A stretch of DNA of 64,000 bases, taken from positions 132,247 to 196,246 of the forward strand of contig AWSN01000001.1 in the NCBI GenBank assembly GCA_000505065.1. The letters are read 5' to 3'. The notes under the pieces are model-generated. The model was not told where the DNA came from. It saw nothing but the letters and a program-made list of their open reading frames with translations, and made no database searches. This document shows positions 36,970-47,298 of the stretch, piece after piece. Source of the DNA: Parcubacteria bacterium RAAC4_OD1_1. Its GTDB lineage: Bacteria; Patescibacteriota; Minisyncoccia; Phycocordibacterales; UBA9973. Each line of letters opens with the position of its first letter. Position 1 is the stretch's first letter. The position numbers and the translations under genes were made by a program.

Positions 36970-38178
36970 ATGTCTTTTTTGCAAAATAGAAAAATTAAAA
37001 TAGTCTTTATTGTTATCATTTTTATATTGATTGTTTTTTTTGTTTGGTATCATTTTACAAATAGTGATATAGAATATAATAGAAATTTAGTAGATAATAC
37101 AGAAGAAAAAATCCTTAACGATAACATTAAAAGTGAAAATTTAAATGAGAATGAAATTATCTCTGAAGTTGTATTACCAGCTTCTCATATAGAAACTCCA
37201 AATGAAGTCAAGGCCATATATATGTCTTCTTGGGTCGCAAGTGGTTCAAAATATCGTGACCCACTTGTAAAAATGATAGATGAGACAGAGCTTAATGCAG
37301 TGGTAATAGATATTAAAGATTCAACAGGTAAAATTTCATTCTTAATAAATGATGAGAATATAAAAAATCTAGGCGGAGCAGAAAATAGAATTAGAGATAT
37401 AAGAGAATTTATTGAAGAGCTTCACAGAAAAAATATATATGTAATTGGTAGAATTTCTGTCTTTCAAGATCCATATTTAACAAAAGTAAAGCCGGAGTGG
37501 GCTATTAAGAAAAAGAGTGATGGAACTGTTTGGAAAGATAGAAAGGGTTTATCTTTTCTTGATCCAACAAAAAAAGAAGTTATGGACTACACTTTGTCTA
37601 TTGCTCTTCACTCATATGAAATAGGTTTTGATGAAATAAATTTTGATTATATCAGATATCCTTCAGATGGAAATATGAAAGATATAAATTATAATTTAAA
37701 AGAAGGTGAGACAAGAGCGGACAATATAGAGAAATTTTTTAAATATTTAAATGAAGGTATGAAGAAAGAAACAAACATTCCTATTTCGGGAGATTTGTTT
37801 GGTCTTACAACCGAAGCGATGGATGATATGGGTATTGGGCAAGTTTGGGAAAAGGCTATACCTTATTTCGATTATCTTTGCCCTATGGTCTATCCATCTC
37901 ACTATCCAAGTTTGCATATGGGCTATAAAAACCCTTCTTTGTATCCCTATGAAGTCATAAATCAAGCTTTGACTAAAGGAATAGTAAAAACAGAATCTAT
38001 AGGCCAAAATAGAGCTAAGATAAGGCCATGGCTTCAAGATTTTGACCTAGGGACTACTTATACCAAAGATCTTATACGAGCTCAAATGAAGGCCACTTAT
38101 GACAATAATTTAACTTCTTGGATGCTTTGGGATCCTTCAAATAAATATACAAAAGATGCTCTTTTAATAGAAAATTAA
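36970..38178 (+). CDS. Membrane-anchored putative glycoside-hydrolase-like TIM-barrel protein (DUF4015/GHL-type)
   Basis: N-terminal TM; VKAIYMSSW...LNAVVIDIKDSTGKISF pattern typical of DUF4015-like predicted glycosidases. Confidence 0.4.
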   Translation: MSFLQNRKIKIVFIVIIFILIVFFVWYHFTNSDIEYNRNLVDNTEEKILNDNIKSENLNENEIISEVVLPASHIETPNEVKAIYMSSWVASGSKYRDPLVKMIDETELNAVVIDIKDSTGKISFLINDENIKNLGGAENRIRDIREFIEELHRKNIYVIGRISVFQDPYLTKVKPEWAIKKKSDGTVWKDRKGLSFLDPTKKEVMDYTLSIALHSYEIGFDEINFDYIRYPSDGNMKDINYNLKEGETRADNIEKFFKYLNEGMKKETNIPISGDLFGLTTEAMDDMGIGQVWEKAIPYFDYLCPMVYPSHYPSLHMGYKNPSLYPYEVINQALTKGIVKTESIGQNRAKIRPWLQDFDLGTTYTKDLIRAQMKATYDNNLTSWMLWDPSNKYTKDALLIEN

Positions 38179-38199
38179 ATTTAATTAAAAAATATAAAT

Positions 38200-39417
38200 A
38201 TGAGGAAAAATATTAGAACAATAGTTTACATAATAATTTCCATTATTCTCTTGGGGGGAGTGTTTTTTGTCGGAGTTTATATTGGACAAAGTAGAATTCC
38301 TGAAATAGAAAAAGTTTTTTCTATTACCAATAAAATACCAAAAGTAGAAACTACGGTAGACTTTGATCCATTTTGGAAAGCCTGGAATATTTTAAATGAG
38401 AAATCTATTAATGGTAAAGAAGTGACAGATCAAGAAAAAGTTTGGGGGGCGATTGCTGGACTTGCTTCATCTATGGGGGATCCATACACTACATTTTTCC
38501 CCCCAGAAGAAAATAAAGAATTTACAGAAGAGATTAAGGGAACTTTTACAGGGATAGGAGCAGAAATTGGAAAGAAAGATGATATCCTCACTATTGTCGC
38601 CCCACTCAAAGATACTCCTGCGTGGAATGCTGGACTTAAAGCTGGAGATAAAATATTTAAGATAAACAACGAAAGTGCAATGGATATTTCTGTTGATAAG
38701 GCTATTAGTCTTATAAGAGGTGAAAAGGGTACAGAAGTCACTCTTACCATACTTAGAGAAGGAGAGAAGACAACCAGAGATATAAAAATAATTCGTGACA
38801 ATATAAATATCCCTATCATAGATACAGAGATAAAAGATAATAATATTTTTGTGATAAGTTTGTATAGTTTTTCTGAAAATTCTGCAAATTTGTTTAGAGA
38901 TGCTCTAATAGAATTTTCAAAAGCGAAAACAAATAAATTAATTTTAGATTTAAGAGGTAATCCGGGTGGGTACTTAGACTCAGCTGTCGATATGGCTTCT
39001 TGGTTTGTAGATGAAGGTAAAGTTATAGTTAGTGAAAATAGAGAAGGAACTTCAGGTAAAGAAAAATCTTATAGAAGTCACGGTCCTAGAGTTTTTGCTG
39101 ATAATTTGAAAATGATTATACTTGTAGATGGTGGTTCTGCTTCTGCTTCTGAAATCTTAGCTGGGGCCTTAAATGAATATGGTGTCGCTAAATTGGTGGG
39201 GGAAAAGACTTTTGGTAAAGGTTCTGTTCAGGAACTTGTAAAGATTACAGACGAGACTTCACTCAAAGTTACTGTCGCAAATTGGCTTACCCCAAATGGT
39301 AAATCAATCTCCAAAGAAGGTTTGACCCCAGATTATATAGTACCACTTAAATTATCTGATGTAGAAAAAGATATCGATCCACAGATGAATAAAGCAGTCG
39401 AATTATTAAATAAATAA
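38200..39417 (+). CDS. C-terminal processing peptidase, S41 family
   Basis: N-terminal TM, PDZ domain (GLKAGDKIFKINN), catalytic region LDLRGNPGGYLDSAV ... K. Confidence 0.75.
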   Translation: MRKNIRTIVYIIISIILLGGVFFVGVYIGQSRIPEIEKVFSITNKIPKVETTVDFDPFWKAWNILNEKSINGKEVTDQEKVWGAIAGLASSMGDPYTTFFPPEENKEFTEEIKGTFTGIGAEIGKKDDILTIVAPLKDTPAWNAGLKAGDKIFKINNESAMDISVDKAISLIRGEKGTEVTLTILREGEKTTRDIKIIRDNINIPIIDTEIKDNNIFVISLYSFSENSANLFRDALIEFSKAKTNKLILDLRGNPGGYLDSAVDMASWFVDEGKVIVSENREGTSGKEKSYRSHGPRVFADNLKMIILVDGGSASASEILAGALNEYGVAKLVGEKTFGKGSVQELVKITDETSLKVTVANWLTPNGKSISKEGLTPDYIVPLKLSDVEKDIDPQMNKAVELLNK

Positions 39418-39514
39418 TTAAATTAAAAATATACTTGTCCCGTAGGAAATACGGGATTAAAATTATAAAATTAATAGTTTTTTCAAAAAAAATAATGAAA
39501 GAATTTCGTACGGG

Positions 39515-39952
39515 ATGAAAATAATTTTAATAACAGATGTGCCAAAAGTTGGAAATAGAAATGAAATAAAAGATTTGAAAGATGGATACGCAAATACTCT
39601 TATTCGTAATGGGGTAGCTTTACTTGCGACTCCTAAATCTATAGCAGATCTAAAAGCCAAGCAGGCTCAGAGTGAAAAGAAGAAACAAGAAGAGATGAAG
39701 ATATTTGAGTCTATGATTGCTTCTATAGATAATAAAAAGATTGAGATTAAGGCCAAAGCCAATGAAAAAGGCCACCTTTTCAAATCGATAAATGAGAAAG
39801 ATGTATCTAAGGCCATCAAAGATATTACTGGCATAGAAGTAGATCCAAATACTATTGTAATGAATAATATAAAAGAACTTGGGTCTCATACTGTAAAAAT
39901 CAAAAAAGGGGATAAAGTAGGGAATTGTGAGATAATAATAACAAAAGCATAA
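39515..39952 (+). CDS. rplI: 50S ribosomal protein L9
   Basis: MKIILITDVPKVGNRNEIKDLKDGYANTLIRNGVAL matches bL9 N-domain. Confidence 0.8.
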   Translation: MKIILITDVPKVGNRNEIKDLKDGYANTLIRNGVALLATPKSIADLKAKQAQSEKKKQEEMKIFESMIASIDNKKIEIKAKANEKGHLFKSINEKDVSKAIKDITGIEVDPNTIVMNNIKELGSHTVKIKKGDKVGNCEIIITKA

Positions 39953-39955
39953 TCC

Positions 39956-40000
39956 TCCCCAGATAGTGGTTAAACCACTATCTGGGGGATTGTATTGTTA
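39956..40000 (+). terminator. Rho-independent terminator after rplI (ccccagatagtggtt-a-aaccactatctgggg)
   Basis: 15 bp perfect stem followed by T-rich tract. Confidence 0.6.
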
Positions 40001-40020
40001 TTGTTATATAATGTAATATT

Positions 40021-41754
40021 ATGGATTATCAATCAGAAAACAAGGTGTGTCAGAATTGCAAAAATGACTTTACTGTCGAGCCAGAGGATTTTTTGTTCTA
40101 TAAGAAAATCAAAGTCCCAGCACCGACTTTTTGCCCGGATTGTAGAAGATCCCGAAGATGGTTATGGAGAAATGAAAGAACTTATTATAGAAGAAAATGT
40201 AATGCTCCAGGTCATGAGGAATTTATAATTAGTCTATATTCTCCAGAAGAAAAGAGAAAAATTTATTGTCAGGATTATTGGTGGAGTGATAAATGGGATA
40301 AGATGAATTATGGACAAAAATATGATTTTTCAAAACCCTTTTTTGAGCAGTATAATAATTTATTGCATAATATTCCTATAATTTCTTTATCCAATACACA
40401 ATCAGTAAATAGTGATTATTGTAGCTCTGCGGCTTGGAATAAGGATTGTTATTTATTAAGTGCTGCTGGTTGGAATGAAAATGTATTATATTCTAATCGT
40501 ACTTTTCATAATAAAAATTCTTTTGATTTATATTCAGTAGATAATAGTGAATTTTGTTATGATATTTCTTTTTGTAATAAATGTTATAAAATATTCTTTT
40601 CTTATAATTGTAATGGATGTGTTGAATCATATTTTTTATATAATTGTAGAAATTGTCAAAATTGTTTTGGTTGTGTGAATTTAAGAAATAAACAATATTG
40701 TATTTTAAATGAACAATATACAAAAGAAGAATATGAAAAAAGAATAAAAGAATTAAATTTAAATAATTATTCAAATTTAAAAAATATTAAAGATACTATT
40801 TATAAAAATGTTTATCTTAAAAATATACATAAATTTGCAGAAATAATAAATTGTCAAAATTCGACGGGAGATTATCTACAAAATTCTAATAATTGTAAAG
40901 AATGTTTTGATTTTAGTGGTGATAATAATGAAAACTGTAAATATGTTAATCTGAGTGGTTTTAATGCTAAAGATCTTTATGATACTGGCCCTGGGGCTGG
41001 CTGGGGATCATCTTTACTTTATGAAGGAGTTGATATAAACGATTCGGCAAATATCTTGAGTACTGTAGTTTGTTATAATTCAAATAATTGTTTTTACTGT
41101 TTTAATATTCAAAATTCGAGTAATTTATTTGGTTGTTATGGTTTACATTCCAAACAATACTGCATCCTAAACCACCAATACACCAAAGAACAATACGAAG
41201 AATTAGTCCCTAAAATAATAAAGCATATGAACGATATGCCATATATAGATAGTAAGAGTAGAGTATACAAATACGGAGAATTCTTCCCATCCGAACTCTC
41301 TCCCTTTGCCTATAATGAAACCATAGCTCAAGAATACTATCCTTTAACTAAAGAAGAAGCTTTAGAGCAAGGATATAAATGGAAAGATAAAGAAGAAAGA
41401 AATTACAATATAGATATTAAAAATAACGATATCCCAGATGATATTAATAACACAGATGAATCTATAGTAGGTAAAGTCATAGAATGCTCACATAAAGACT
41501 GTAATCATCAATGCACTGAAGCATTTAAGATAATCCCCGAAGAATACCAATTCTACCGCCGTATAAACCTTCCTCTCCCAAGACTCTGCCCTAACTGTAG
41601 GCACTACGAAAGACTCTCTCAAAGAAACCCTCTTAAACTCTGGCATAGATCCTGTATGAAAGAAGGATGCACCAATACTTTCGAGACATCATATGCACCA
41701 GATAGACCTGAAATAATTTATTGTGAGAAATGCTATCAGCAGGAGGTGTATTAA
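40021..41754 (+). CDS. Cysteine-rich repeat protein with duplicated N- and C-terminal zinc-ribbon modules; function unknown
   Basis: N-module CQNCK..F..EPEDFLFYKKIKVPAPTFCPDCRRSRR and C-module CTEAFKIIPEEYQFYRRINLPLPRLCPNCRHYER are homologous; internal repeats ...KQYCILNxQYTKExYE x2; about 50 Cys. Confidence 0.6.
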   Translation: MDYQSENKVCQNCKNDFTVEPEDFLFYKKIKVPAPTFCPDCRRSRRWLWRNERTYYRRKCNAPGHEEFIISLYSPEEKRKIYCQDYWWSDKWDKMNYGQKYDFSKPFFEQYNNLLHNIPIISLSNTQSVNSDYCSSAAWNKDCYLLSAAGWNENVLYSNRTFHNKNSFDLYSVDNSEFCYDISFCNKCYKIFFSYNCNGCVESYFLYNCRNCQNCFGCVNLRNKQYCILNEQYTKEEYEKRIKELNLNNYSNLKNIKDTIYKNVYLKNIHKFAEIINCQNSTGDYLQNSNNCKECFDFSGDNNENCKYVNLSGFNAKDLYDTGPGAGWGSSLLYEGVDINDSANILSTVVCYNSNNCFYCFNIQNSSNLFGCYGLHSKQYCILNHQYTKEQYEELVPKIIKHMNDMPYIDSKSRVYKYGEFFPSELSPFAYNETIAQEYYPLTKEEALEQGYKWKDKEERNYNIDIKNNDIPDDINNTDESIVGKVIECSHKDCNHQCTEAFKIIPEEYQFYRRINLPLPRLCPNCRHYERLSQRNPLKLWHRSCMKEGCTNTFETSYAPDRPEIIYCEKCYQQEVY

Positions 41755-41794
41755 TAATTACTAATTACAAATTAATAATTTGAAATAAAATTAA

Positions 41795-41823
41795 AAAAAC
41801 CTAGCACAGCTAGGTTTTTTTAA
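41795..41823. terminator. Bidirectional terminator (aaacctagc-aca-gctaggttt + T-run)
   Basis: 9 bp stem, A-run and T-run on either side. Confidence 0.6.
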
Positions 41824-41837
41824 TTAGTAATCATTAA

Positions 41838-42110
41838 TTAGATCACATTAACTACTTTTTTGACTGAAGTGGTTCTGTTAAAGTTTTGTTTTCTTTTTGT
41901 TCCAAATTTAACCTTACCTTCTTTTAAAGCAAAAATTGTGTGGTCTTTACCTATACGAGTATTCTTACCTGCGAGAATTTTGGTTCCACGCTGTCTTATT
42001 ATTATTCCACCTGCTTTTGCAGTTTGTCCATCATAAAGCTTTGTACCTAGATACTTTGGTTGTGAATCTCTTAAATTTTTCGCCGTTCCGCCGGCCTTCC
42101 TATGTGCCAT
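41838..42110 (-). CDS. rpmA: 50S ribosomal protein L27
   Basis: [29 protein letters not shown]...IIRQRGTK matches bL27. Confidence 0.85.
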   Translation of the reverse strand: MAHRKAGGTAKNLRDSQPKYLGTKLYDGQTAKAGGIIIRQRGTKILAGKNTRIGKDHTIFALKEGKVKFGTKRKQNFNRTTSVKKVVNVI

Positions 42111-42183
42111 ATTTTATGTTTGAAGGGGTAACTGTTGATAAAAAGCCTTACAAATTAACCCTAAATGATTTATAATAACTTAT

Positions 42184-42567
42184 ATGAGTATAAATCATTT
42201 TTTAAATAAAATCAAGAGTTATCTAGGTATTGACAATTTTCATCTTGTGTTCTTTTTAGTTATTGTTGGTGTGTCTCTCAGTTCTTTTGCTTTAGGGCGA
42301 ATTTCTATTTCAAAAACAGATAACAATAATCAAATTGAAGAAAATAATTTTTATTTAAAAAATGAAAATGAAAAGGGGATAGAAGGGGAAGACTTTTCCA
42401 CAAACAACAAAGAAGAAAAGAAGTATGTTGCTTCAAAAAATGGTAAACTATATTATAGTCTTAATTGTAGTGGAGCAAATAGAATCAAAGAAGAAAATAA
42501 AATTTTCTTTGCTTCAAAAGAAGAAGCAGAGAAATCGGGGTATGGTTTTGCTACTTCTTGCAATTAA
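42184..42567 (+). CDS. Secreted/anchored small protein with C-terminal Ada-like Zn-binding-type domain
   Basis: N-terminal TM; C-terminal KLYYSLNCSGANRIKEENKIFFASKEEAEKSGYGFATSC resembles Ada metal-binding pattern. Confidence 0.35.
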   Translation: MSINHFLNKIKSYLGIDNFHLVFFLVIVGVSLSSFALGRISISKTDNNNQIEENNFYLKNENEKGIEGEDFSTNNKEEKKYVASKNGKLYYSLNCSGANRIKEENKIFFASKEEAEKSGYGFATSCN

Positions 42568-42573
42568 TTAATT

Positions 42574-43509
42574 ATGAGATTATTTTATCAAATTTTTATA
42601 ATAATGTTTGTGGTCATTTCTCTTTTTATTATAAGAGAAGATCTTGTTACTGTATACGGAGAGTTTGTCACATATTTTAAAAATGGTAATAATTTAACTA
42701 CAGATTTAGGTAAAAGTATTGGTATAAAAATAAAAGAAAATACTGAGGATATAAATAAACCTTTAAATAAAATAGACACCCCAGGAGCTCTCGTTGTTAC
42801 AGATAAAATATTTAACCGAGAGAATAGTGTGGGTGGTGATACTCTTTCTTCTGTGGGGGTAATTAAGCTCACCAATGAAATTAGAGTATTTGAACAAGGA
42901 CTTGGTTATCTTAAGGTAAATGATAAATTAAATAAGTCTGCTCAAATAAAGGTGGACGATATGTTTGATCAGGGATATTTTGACCACATCTCTCCATCTG
43001 GTCTTGATGTTAGTGATCTTGGTAGTAAGGCTTCCTATGAATATATTTTGATGGGAGAAAATTTGGCTATGGGGTCTTTTCAAACAAATGAAGAATTGAT
43101 TAAAGCTTGGATGAATAGTGAAGGACATAGAGCTAATATTATTAATAAAAATTATACAGAAATTGGAGTTGCTGTTAAATATGGTAAGTATGATGGGCAT
43201 AATGTCTGGATGGCAGTACAACATTTTGGATTACCAAAGGATGCTTGTCCAGTAGTAGATGAAGTTTTAAAAAATTCAATAAATTTTTTGAATGAAAAGA
43301 TTACTGAAATAGGTCAAGATCTCATAGAAAGAAAAGAAAGGATTGATAATGGGGGATTATATGAGGGAATGACGACAACTGAACAGATAATTAAGTATAA
43401 TTCTATTGTGAATGATTTTAATGATAATTTAAAAGATATTAAAGAAAAAATAGATAAATATAATGAACAAGTTAAATCTTTTAATGAGTGTTTAGCTAAT
43501 ATACAATAG
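42574..43509 (+). CDS. CAP (SCP/PR-1-like) domain secreted protein with C-terminal coiled coil
   Basis: CAP motifs GYFDHISPSG, GENLAMG, AWMNSEGHRANIIN, EIGVAV. Confidence 0.65.
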   Translation: MRLFYQIFIIMFVVISLFIIREDLVTVYGEFVTYFKNGNNLTTDLGKSIGIKIKENTEDINKPLNKIDTPGALVVTDKIFNRENSVGGDTLSSVGVIKLTNEIRVFEQGLGYLKVNDKLNKSAQIKVDDMFDQGYFDHISPSGLDVSDLGSKASYEYILMGENLAMGSFQTNEELIKAWMNSEGHRANIINKNYTEIGVAVKYGKYDGHNVWMAVQHFGLPKDACPVVDEVLKNSINFLNEKITEIGQDLIERKERIDNGGLYEGMTTTEQIIKYNSIVNDFNDNLKDIKEKIDKYNEQVKSFNECLANIQ

Positions 43510-43802
43510 GTCTATTTATATAAAGGGGATTTTAATATCCTTTTATTTGAAAGATATGATAATGTCGCACAATATATCTTTTACGACATTAAATAAGTAA
43601 AATTATGGGGGTTGGCTTTGAGTTTATGTTTATTCTTACCAACCCCAAAACTCTTTAAAAATGGTCACAATTTAATTTTTTAATGACCAACGACCACGAC
43701 CTCTTGGGACCTTCCCCCGAGGATGTTTTTTGTTTTTAATCATAAATAAAGAAATATTAGTTCATATATATTATATATAATAGAAAATTTTTAGCAATAC
43801 CT

Positions 43803-44963
43803 TTATACCTTTTTGGTCTTTAGATACCTCTTATTTTTTAATTTATCGGGCATTAGGTCTTCTTTTGTATACTTTTCATAACCTTTACCATATCCTAGGC
43901 CTTCTAGGAGCTTTGTGGAAGGATTTCTGAGATTGAGTGGTATATTTAGGTTTCCATAGGTTTTTACGTCATTTTGGGCCATTCTAAAGGATTCATAAAT
44001 ACTTCGATCTTTCTTGGCTTGTGCTAGATAAACTGCTCCATTGGCCAAGTTTATCGCACATTCTGGGTATCCTATAGTTTCTACAGCACGAAAAACTTCA
44101 TTAGCGACAACAAGTGCTGTTGGCTGTGCAAGACCTATGTCTTCACTTGCAAAAATCACCATTCTTCTAGCAATAAATTTTGGATCTTCTCCTGCTTCTA
44201 TCATTCTTGACAAATAATATAATGTGGGGTCTGGTTGGGATGCTCTCATACTCTTTATAAATGCACTTATGAGATTATGATGTTCGTCTCCCCTCTTATC
44301 ATATCTTATAAATTTTGACTGAACTGTATTTTTTAAATTTTCGAGTGTTAATTCTTTATAAAGATTTATTGTATTTTCAATAGTTGTGATAGCTTGCCTT
44401 GCATCTCCATTTGAGAATGATGTAAGCCATTTAATGGCATCTTTCTTTATTTTATATCCAGTTCTTTTTATTATTTTTTCTATATTTTCATCTTTGAGTT
44501 CTTCGAGTACAAATACCTTACACCTTGAAAGTAATGCAGGTATTACTTCAAAGCTTGGGTTTTCTGTAGTTGCTCCGATTAAAGTAAGCTTGCCACTTTC
44601 TACATAAGGAAGAAGGAAGTCTTGCTGGGCTTTATTGAATCTATGTATTTCATCTAGAAAAAGAATTTTTGGTCCAAATAAATTTCCTCCAGATTTTTTT
44701 TCGTCAATGATAGCTCTTATATCATCTTTACCAGCAGAGACAGCTGATAATTCAAAGAATTCTGCATTTAAAGATTTGGCATAAATTCTGGCCAGAGTCG
44801 TCTTTCCTGTTCCTGGTGGCCCCCAGAGAATGAAAGAAAAAAGGTGTTTTTTGTTTATAGCAATATAAAGTGGTTTGTTTTTATCTATAAGATGTTCTTG
44901 CCCTACAAATTCATTTAGATTTTGAGGTCTTATTTTTGATGCTAATGGTTCCATAATTAACAT
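43803..44963 (-). CDS. rarA: Replication-associated recombination protein A (AAA+)
   Basis: Walker A GPPGTGKTTLARI, Walker B FLDEIHRFNK, RarA/MgsA C-terminal domain. Confidence 0.8.
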   Translation of the reverse strand: MLIMEPLASKIRPQNLNEFVGQEHLIDKNKPLYIAINKKHLFSFILWGPPGTGKTTLARIYAKSLNAEFFELSAVSAGKDDIRAIIDEKKSGGNLFGPKILFLDEIHRFNKAQQDFLLPYVESGKLTLIGATTENPSFEVIPALLSRCKVFVLEELKDENIEKIIKRTGYKIKKDAIKWLTSFSNGDARQAITTIENTINLYKELTLENLKNTVQSKFIRYDKRGDEHHNLISAFIKSMRASQPDPTLYYLSRMIEAGEDPKFIARRMVIFASEDIGLAQPTALVVANEVFRAVETIGYPECAINLANGAVYLAQAKKDRSIYESFRMAQNDVKTYGNLNIPLNLRNPSTKLLEGLGYGKGYEKYTKEDLMPDKLKNKRYLKTKKV

Positions 44964-44986
44964 TTTACCATTAAAAATAATTATTT

Positions 44987-45031
44987 TAAAACAAACAAAA
45001 CCCCGATTATTTCGGGGTTTTGTTTGTTTTA
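44987..45031. terminator. Perfect palindromic terminator (aaaacaaacaaaaccccg-attatt-cggggttttgtttgtttt)
   Basis: 18 bp stem, symmetric A/T runs. Confidence 0.6.
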
Positions 45032-45035
45032 AAAA

Positions 45036-45287
45036 CTATAGATTATTTAGTTCTTCATCAATTGATTTTAGATCTTCATCTGTTGTATCTGTTATATCAA
45101 TTTGATTTAAATTTTCATTGATAATCTTTGTTGTGTCGTTTTTCATTGCTTCGTTTAATTCTATTTCAGTTTCGTTCGGAATAATTTCTTTATTTTTATT
45201 AGGATTTTTTACAATAATTAAGATTATCAAAACTAAAACTATAACTATTATTCCAATTATTATTGGTGTTGTTTTTTTATTTTCCAT
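45036..45287 (-). CDS. Small membrane protein
   Basis: ORF with one TM; acidic C-terminus. Confidence 0.3.
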   Translation of the reverse strand: MENKKTTPIIIGIIVIVLVLIILIIVKNPNKNKEIIPNETEIELNEAMKNDTTKIINENLNQIDITDTTDEDLKSIDEELNNL

Positions 45288-45292
45288 ACATA

Positions 45293-46204
45293 TTATTGGT
45301 TAGTTGTACTTTTTGTTGCATCTTCGACCTCTTGTTCATCCTCTGTTTCTGTTTCATCTTCTATTTCTATCTCATCAATTTTAGGTATTTGAGCAAGAGC
45401 AACCGCAGCCTTTCTTACTGCATCATGAGTAGCTTTAATTTCTTCATATAAAGATTTAATATCAGCTCTAAATGTATCTCTAACAGCTTGCGTTGTTGTT
45501 TTTAGTGTTGATTCTTCTCCCACTTTTATTTCATATATTTTTTCTGATTGCTTAAGTAATGATTCTCTTGTGGTCGTTATTTTTGTTTTTGCAAGAGAAA
45601 TAGCATCTTCAACAGTTTTTACATCCAATCCTTTTTCTTTTGCCTTAGTTGTTCTTGACTCCACTCCAACAAGTACTGTTTCTATTTGATTTACTCTTTC
45701 TCCTAATTTTTCTACTATTTTAACATTTAATTCATCTAATTTATTATCAATTTTTATAAGTGCTTCTTTTTTCTTTTCATCTTTTATTTTAGCAAGACCT
45801 TCTTCAAATCTATTTTTTATTTCTTCTCTTTTTGCTTCCCATTCTTCTTTTGAAGCTTCAAATCTTGTTTTGAATTCTTCTCTTTTTTGTGTTATTTCTT
45901 TTATGACAGCTTCACGTTTTTCTTTAATATTATTTATTATGTCATCGTCTGTTATGTCATCATCCAAATCCTCTCTTGCTTTTGAAGCTTCTTCTCTAAA
46001 AGTTTCTCTTTCTTTTTCCATTTTTTCTTTTGTTTCTTCTCTTAGATTTTTAGCTTCTTCTCTTCTTTGTTCAAATCTATTTTCAACCTCTTCCATTTCT
46101 TCATTTTCACTAGAATCATCTTCAGCATAAACATAAAAACCCCCTAAGGCCAAAATAAGGCCAAAGAACACAATAAAACCATTTTTTAAATATTTTCTAA
46201 TCAT
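45293..46204 (-). CDS. Secreted/anchored Glu/Lys-rich coiled-coil protein
   Basis: N-terminal hydrophobic segment, then about 250 aa of charged heptad-like sequence. Confidence 0.4.
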   Translation of the reverse strand: MIRKYLKNGFIVFFGLILALGGFYVYAEDDSSENEEMEEVENRFEQRREEAKNLREETKEKMEKERETFREEASKAREDLDDDITDDDIINNIKEKREAVIKEITQKREEFKTRFEASKEEWEAKREEIKNRFEEGLAKIKDEKKKEALIKIDNKLDELNVKIVEKLGERVNQIETVLVGVESRTTKAKEKGLDVKTVEDAISLAKTKITTTRESLLKQSEKIYEIKVGEESTLKTTTQAVRDTFRADIKSLYEEIKATHDAVRKAAVALAQIPKIDEIEIEDETETEDEQEVEDATKSTTNQ

Positions 46205-46326
46205 ATATTATTCAAATTAATAAATTAATAAAATGTAATATTATTTTAATATTACATTTTAATTATAACTCTATGATAAATAAATACAAAGGTAAAATAA
46301 ATTTATTTTACCTTTGTATTATATGA

Positions 46327-47292
46327 TTATTTTATGACACTGTTGATAACTTTTCCTTCTTTTAGTACTGAAACCACATTTTTTACCACTATTTCCGCCA
46401 TCTGGTTTCTTGCCGATGCTCTTGAAGATGCTATGTGGGGTGTGAGTATTACATTTGACAATTTATTTAATCCACTACATAGTTTAGGTTCATACTCAAA
46501 GACATCAAGAGCAGCACCTCTTATTATTTTATTTTTTAATGCATTTACAAGATCTTTTTCGTTGATAACTCCCCCTCTAGATGTGTTTATAAGAAAAGCT
46601 GAACTTTTCATTGTAGATAATGTGTCTTTGTTTATTAGATGTGTAGTAGAAGGTAGTAGTGGAACATGAAGAGAAATAATATCTGCAGTTTTAAATATTT
46701 CATCTATCTCTTTTAATTCTGCTTTTGTTTCTTCTTCTATTTTATTATTTTTTACTATATCATAATATAATATTTTTGAACCAAAACCCTTGTTTAGTAT
46801 TTTAGCGACCTCTGTACCAATTTCACCACATCCAATAAGACCAATTATTTTACCTTTCATATCAGTTCCAACAAGTAATTCTGGATCCCAGCCTTTATAT
46901 TTACCACTCCTTACAAACCTATCCCCTTCTACAAGTCTTGTGGTTAAAGACATCATAAGGGCTACTGTATGTTCTGCGACAGCAATGGATGAAGTTCCTG
47001 GAGTATTTGAAGTCATTATTCCTCTTTTTTTTAACTCTTCTATGTCGAGATTATTAAATCCAACAGAAAAATTAGCTATAATTTTTATATTTGGGCATAC
47101 ATCAAGTATTTCTTTATCTATTGTATCTGTTAGAAAAGTTATAATTCCATCATAATTTTTTTTCTTTAAAGATTTTATTAAATCTTTTTTTGTTGGGGGT
47201 TTTTTAAAATTACCTATATCATAAGAGATGTTATTTTCATCAAGTATCTTAAGTCCGACATCTGGGATTTTTCTTGTTATAAAAATATGCAT
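46327..47292 (-). CDS. D-isomer-specific 2-hydroxyacid dehydrogenase (D-lactate/glycerate dehydrogenase-like)
   Basis: NAD-binding GLIGCGEIG, catalytic region with R, E, H (TPHIAS). Confidence 0.7.
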   Translation of the reverse strand: MHIFITRKIPDVGLKILDENNISYDIGNFKKPPTKKDLIKSLKKKNYDGIITFLTDTIDKEILDVCPNIKIIANFSVGFNNLDIEELKKRGIMTSNTPGTSSIAVAEHTVALMMSLTTRLVEGDRFVRSGKYKGWDPELLVGTDMKGKIIGLIGCGEIGTEVAKILNKGFGSKILYYDIVKNNKIEEETKAELKEIDEIFKTADIISLHVPLLPSTTHLINKDTLSTMKSSAFLINTSRGGVINEKDLVNALKNKIIRGAALDVFEYEPKLCSGLNKLSNVILTPHIASSRASARNQMAEIVVKNVVSVLKEGKVINSVIK

Positions 47293-47298
47293 AAATAA

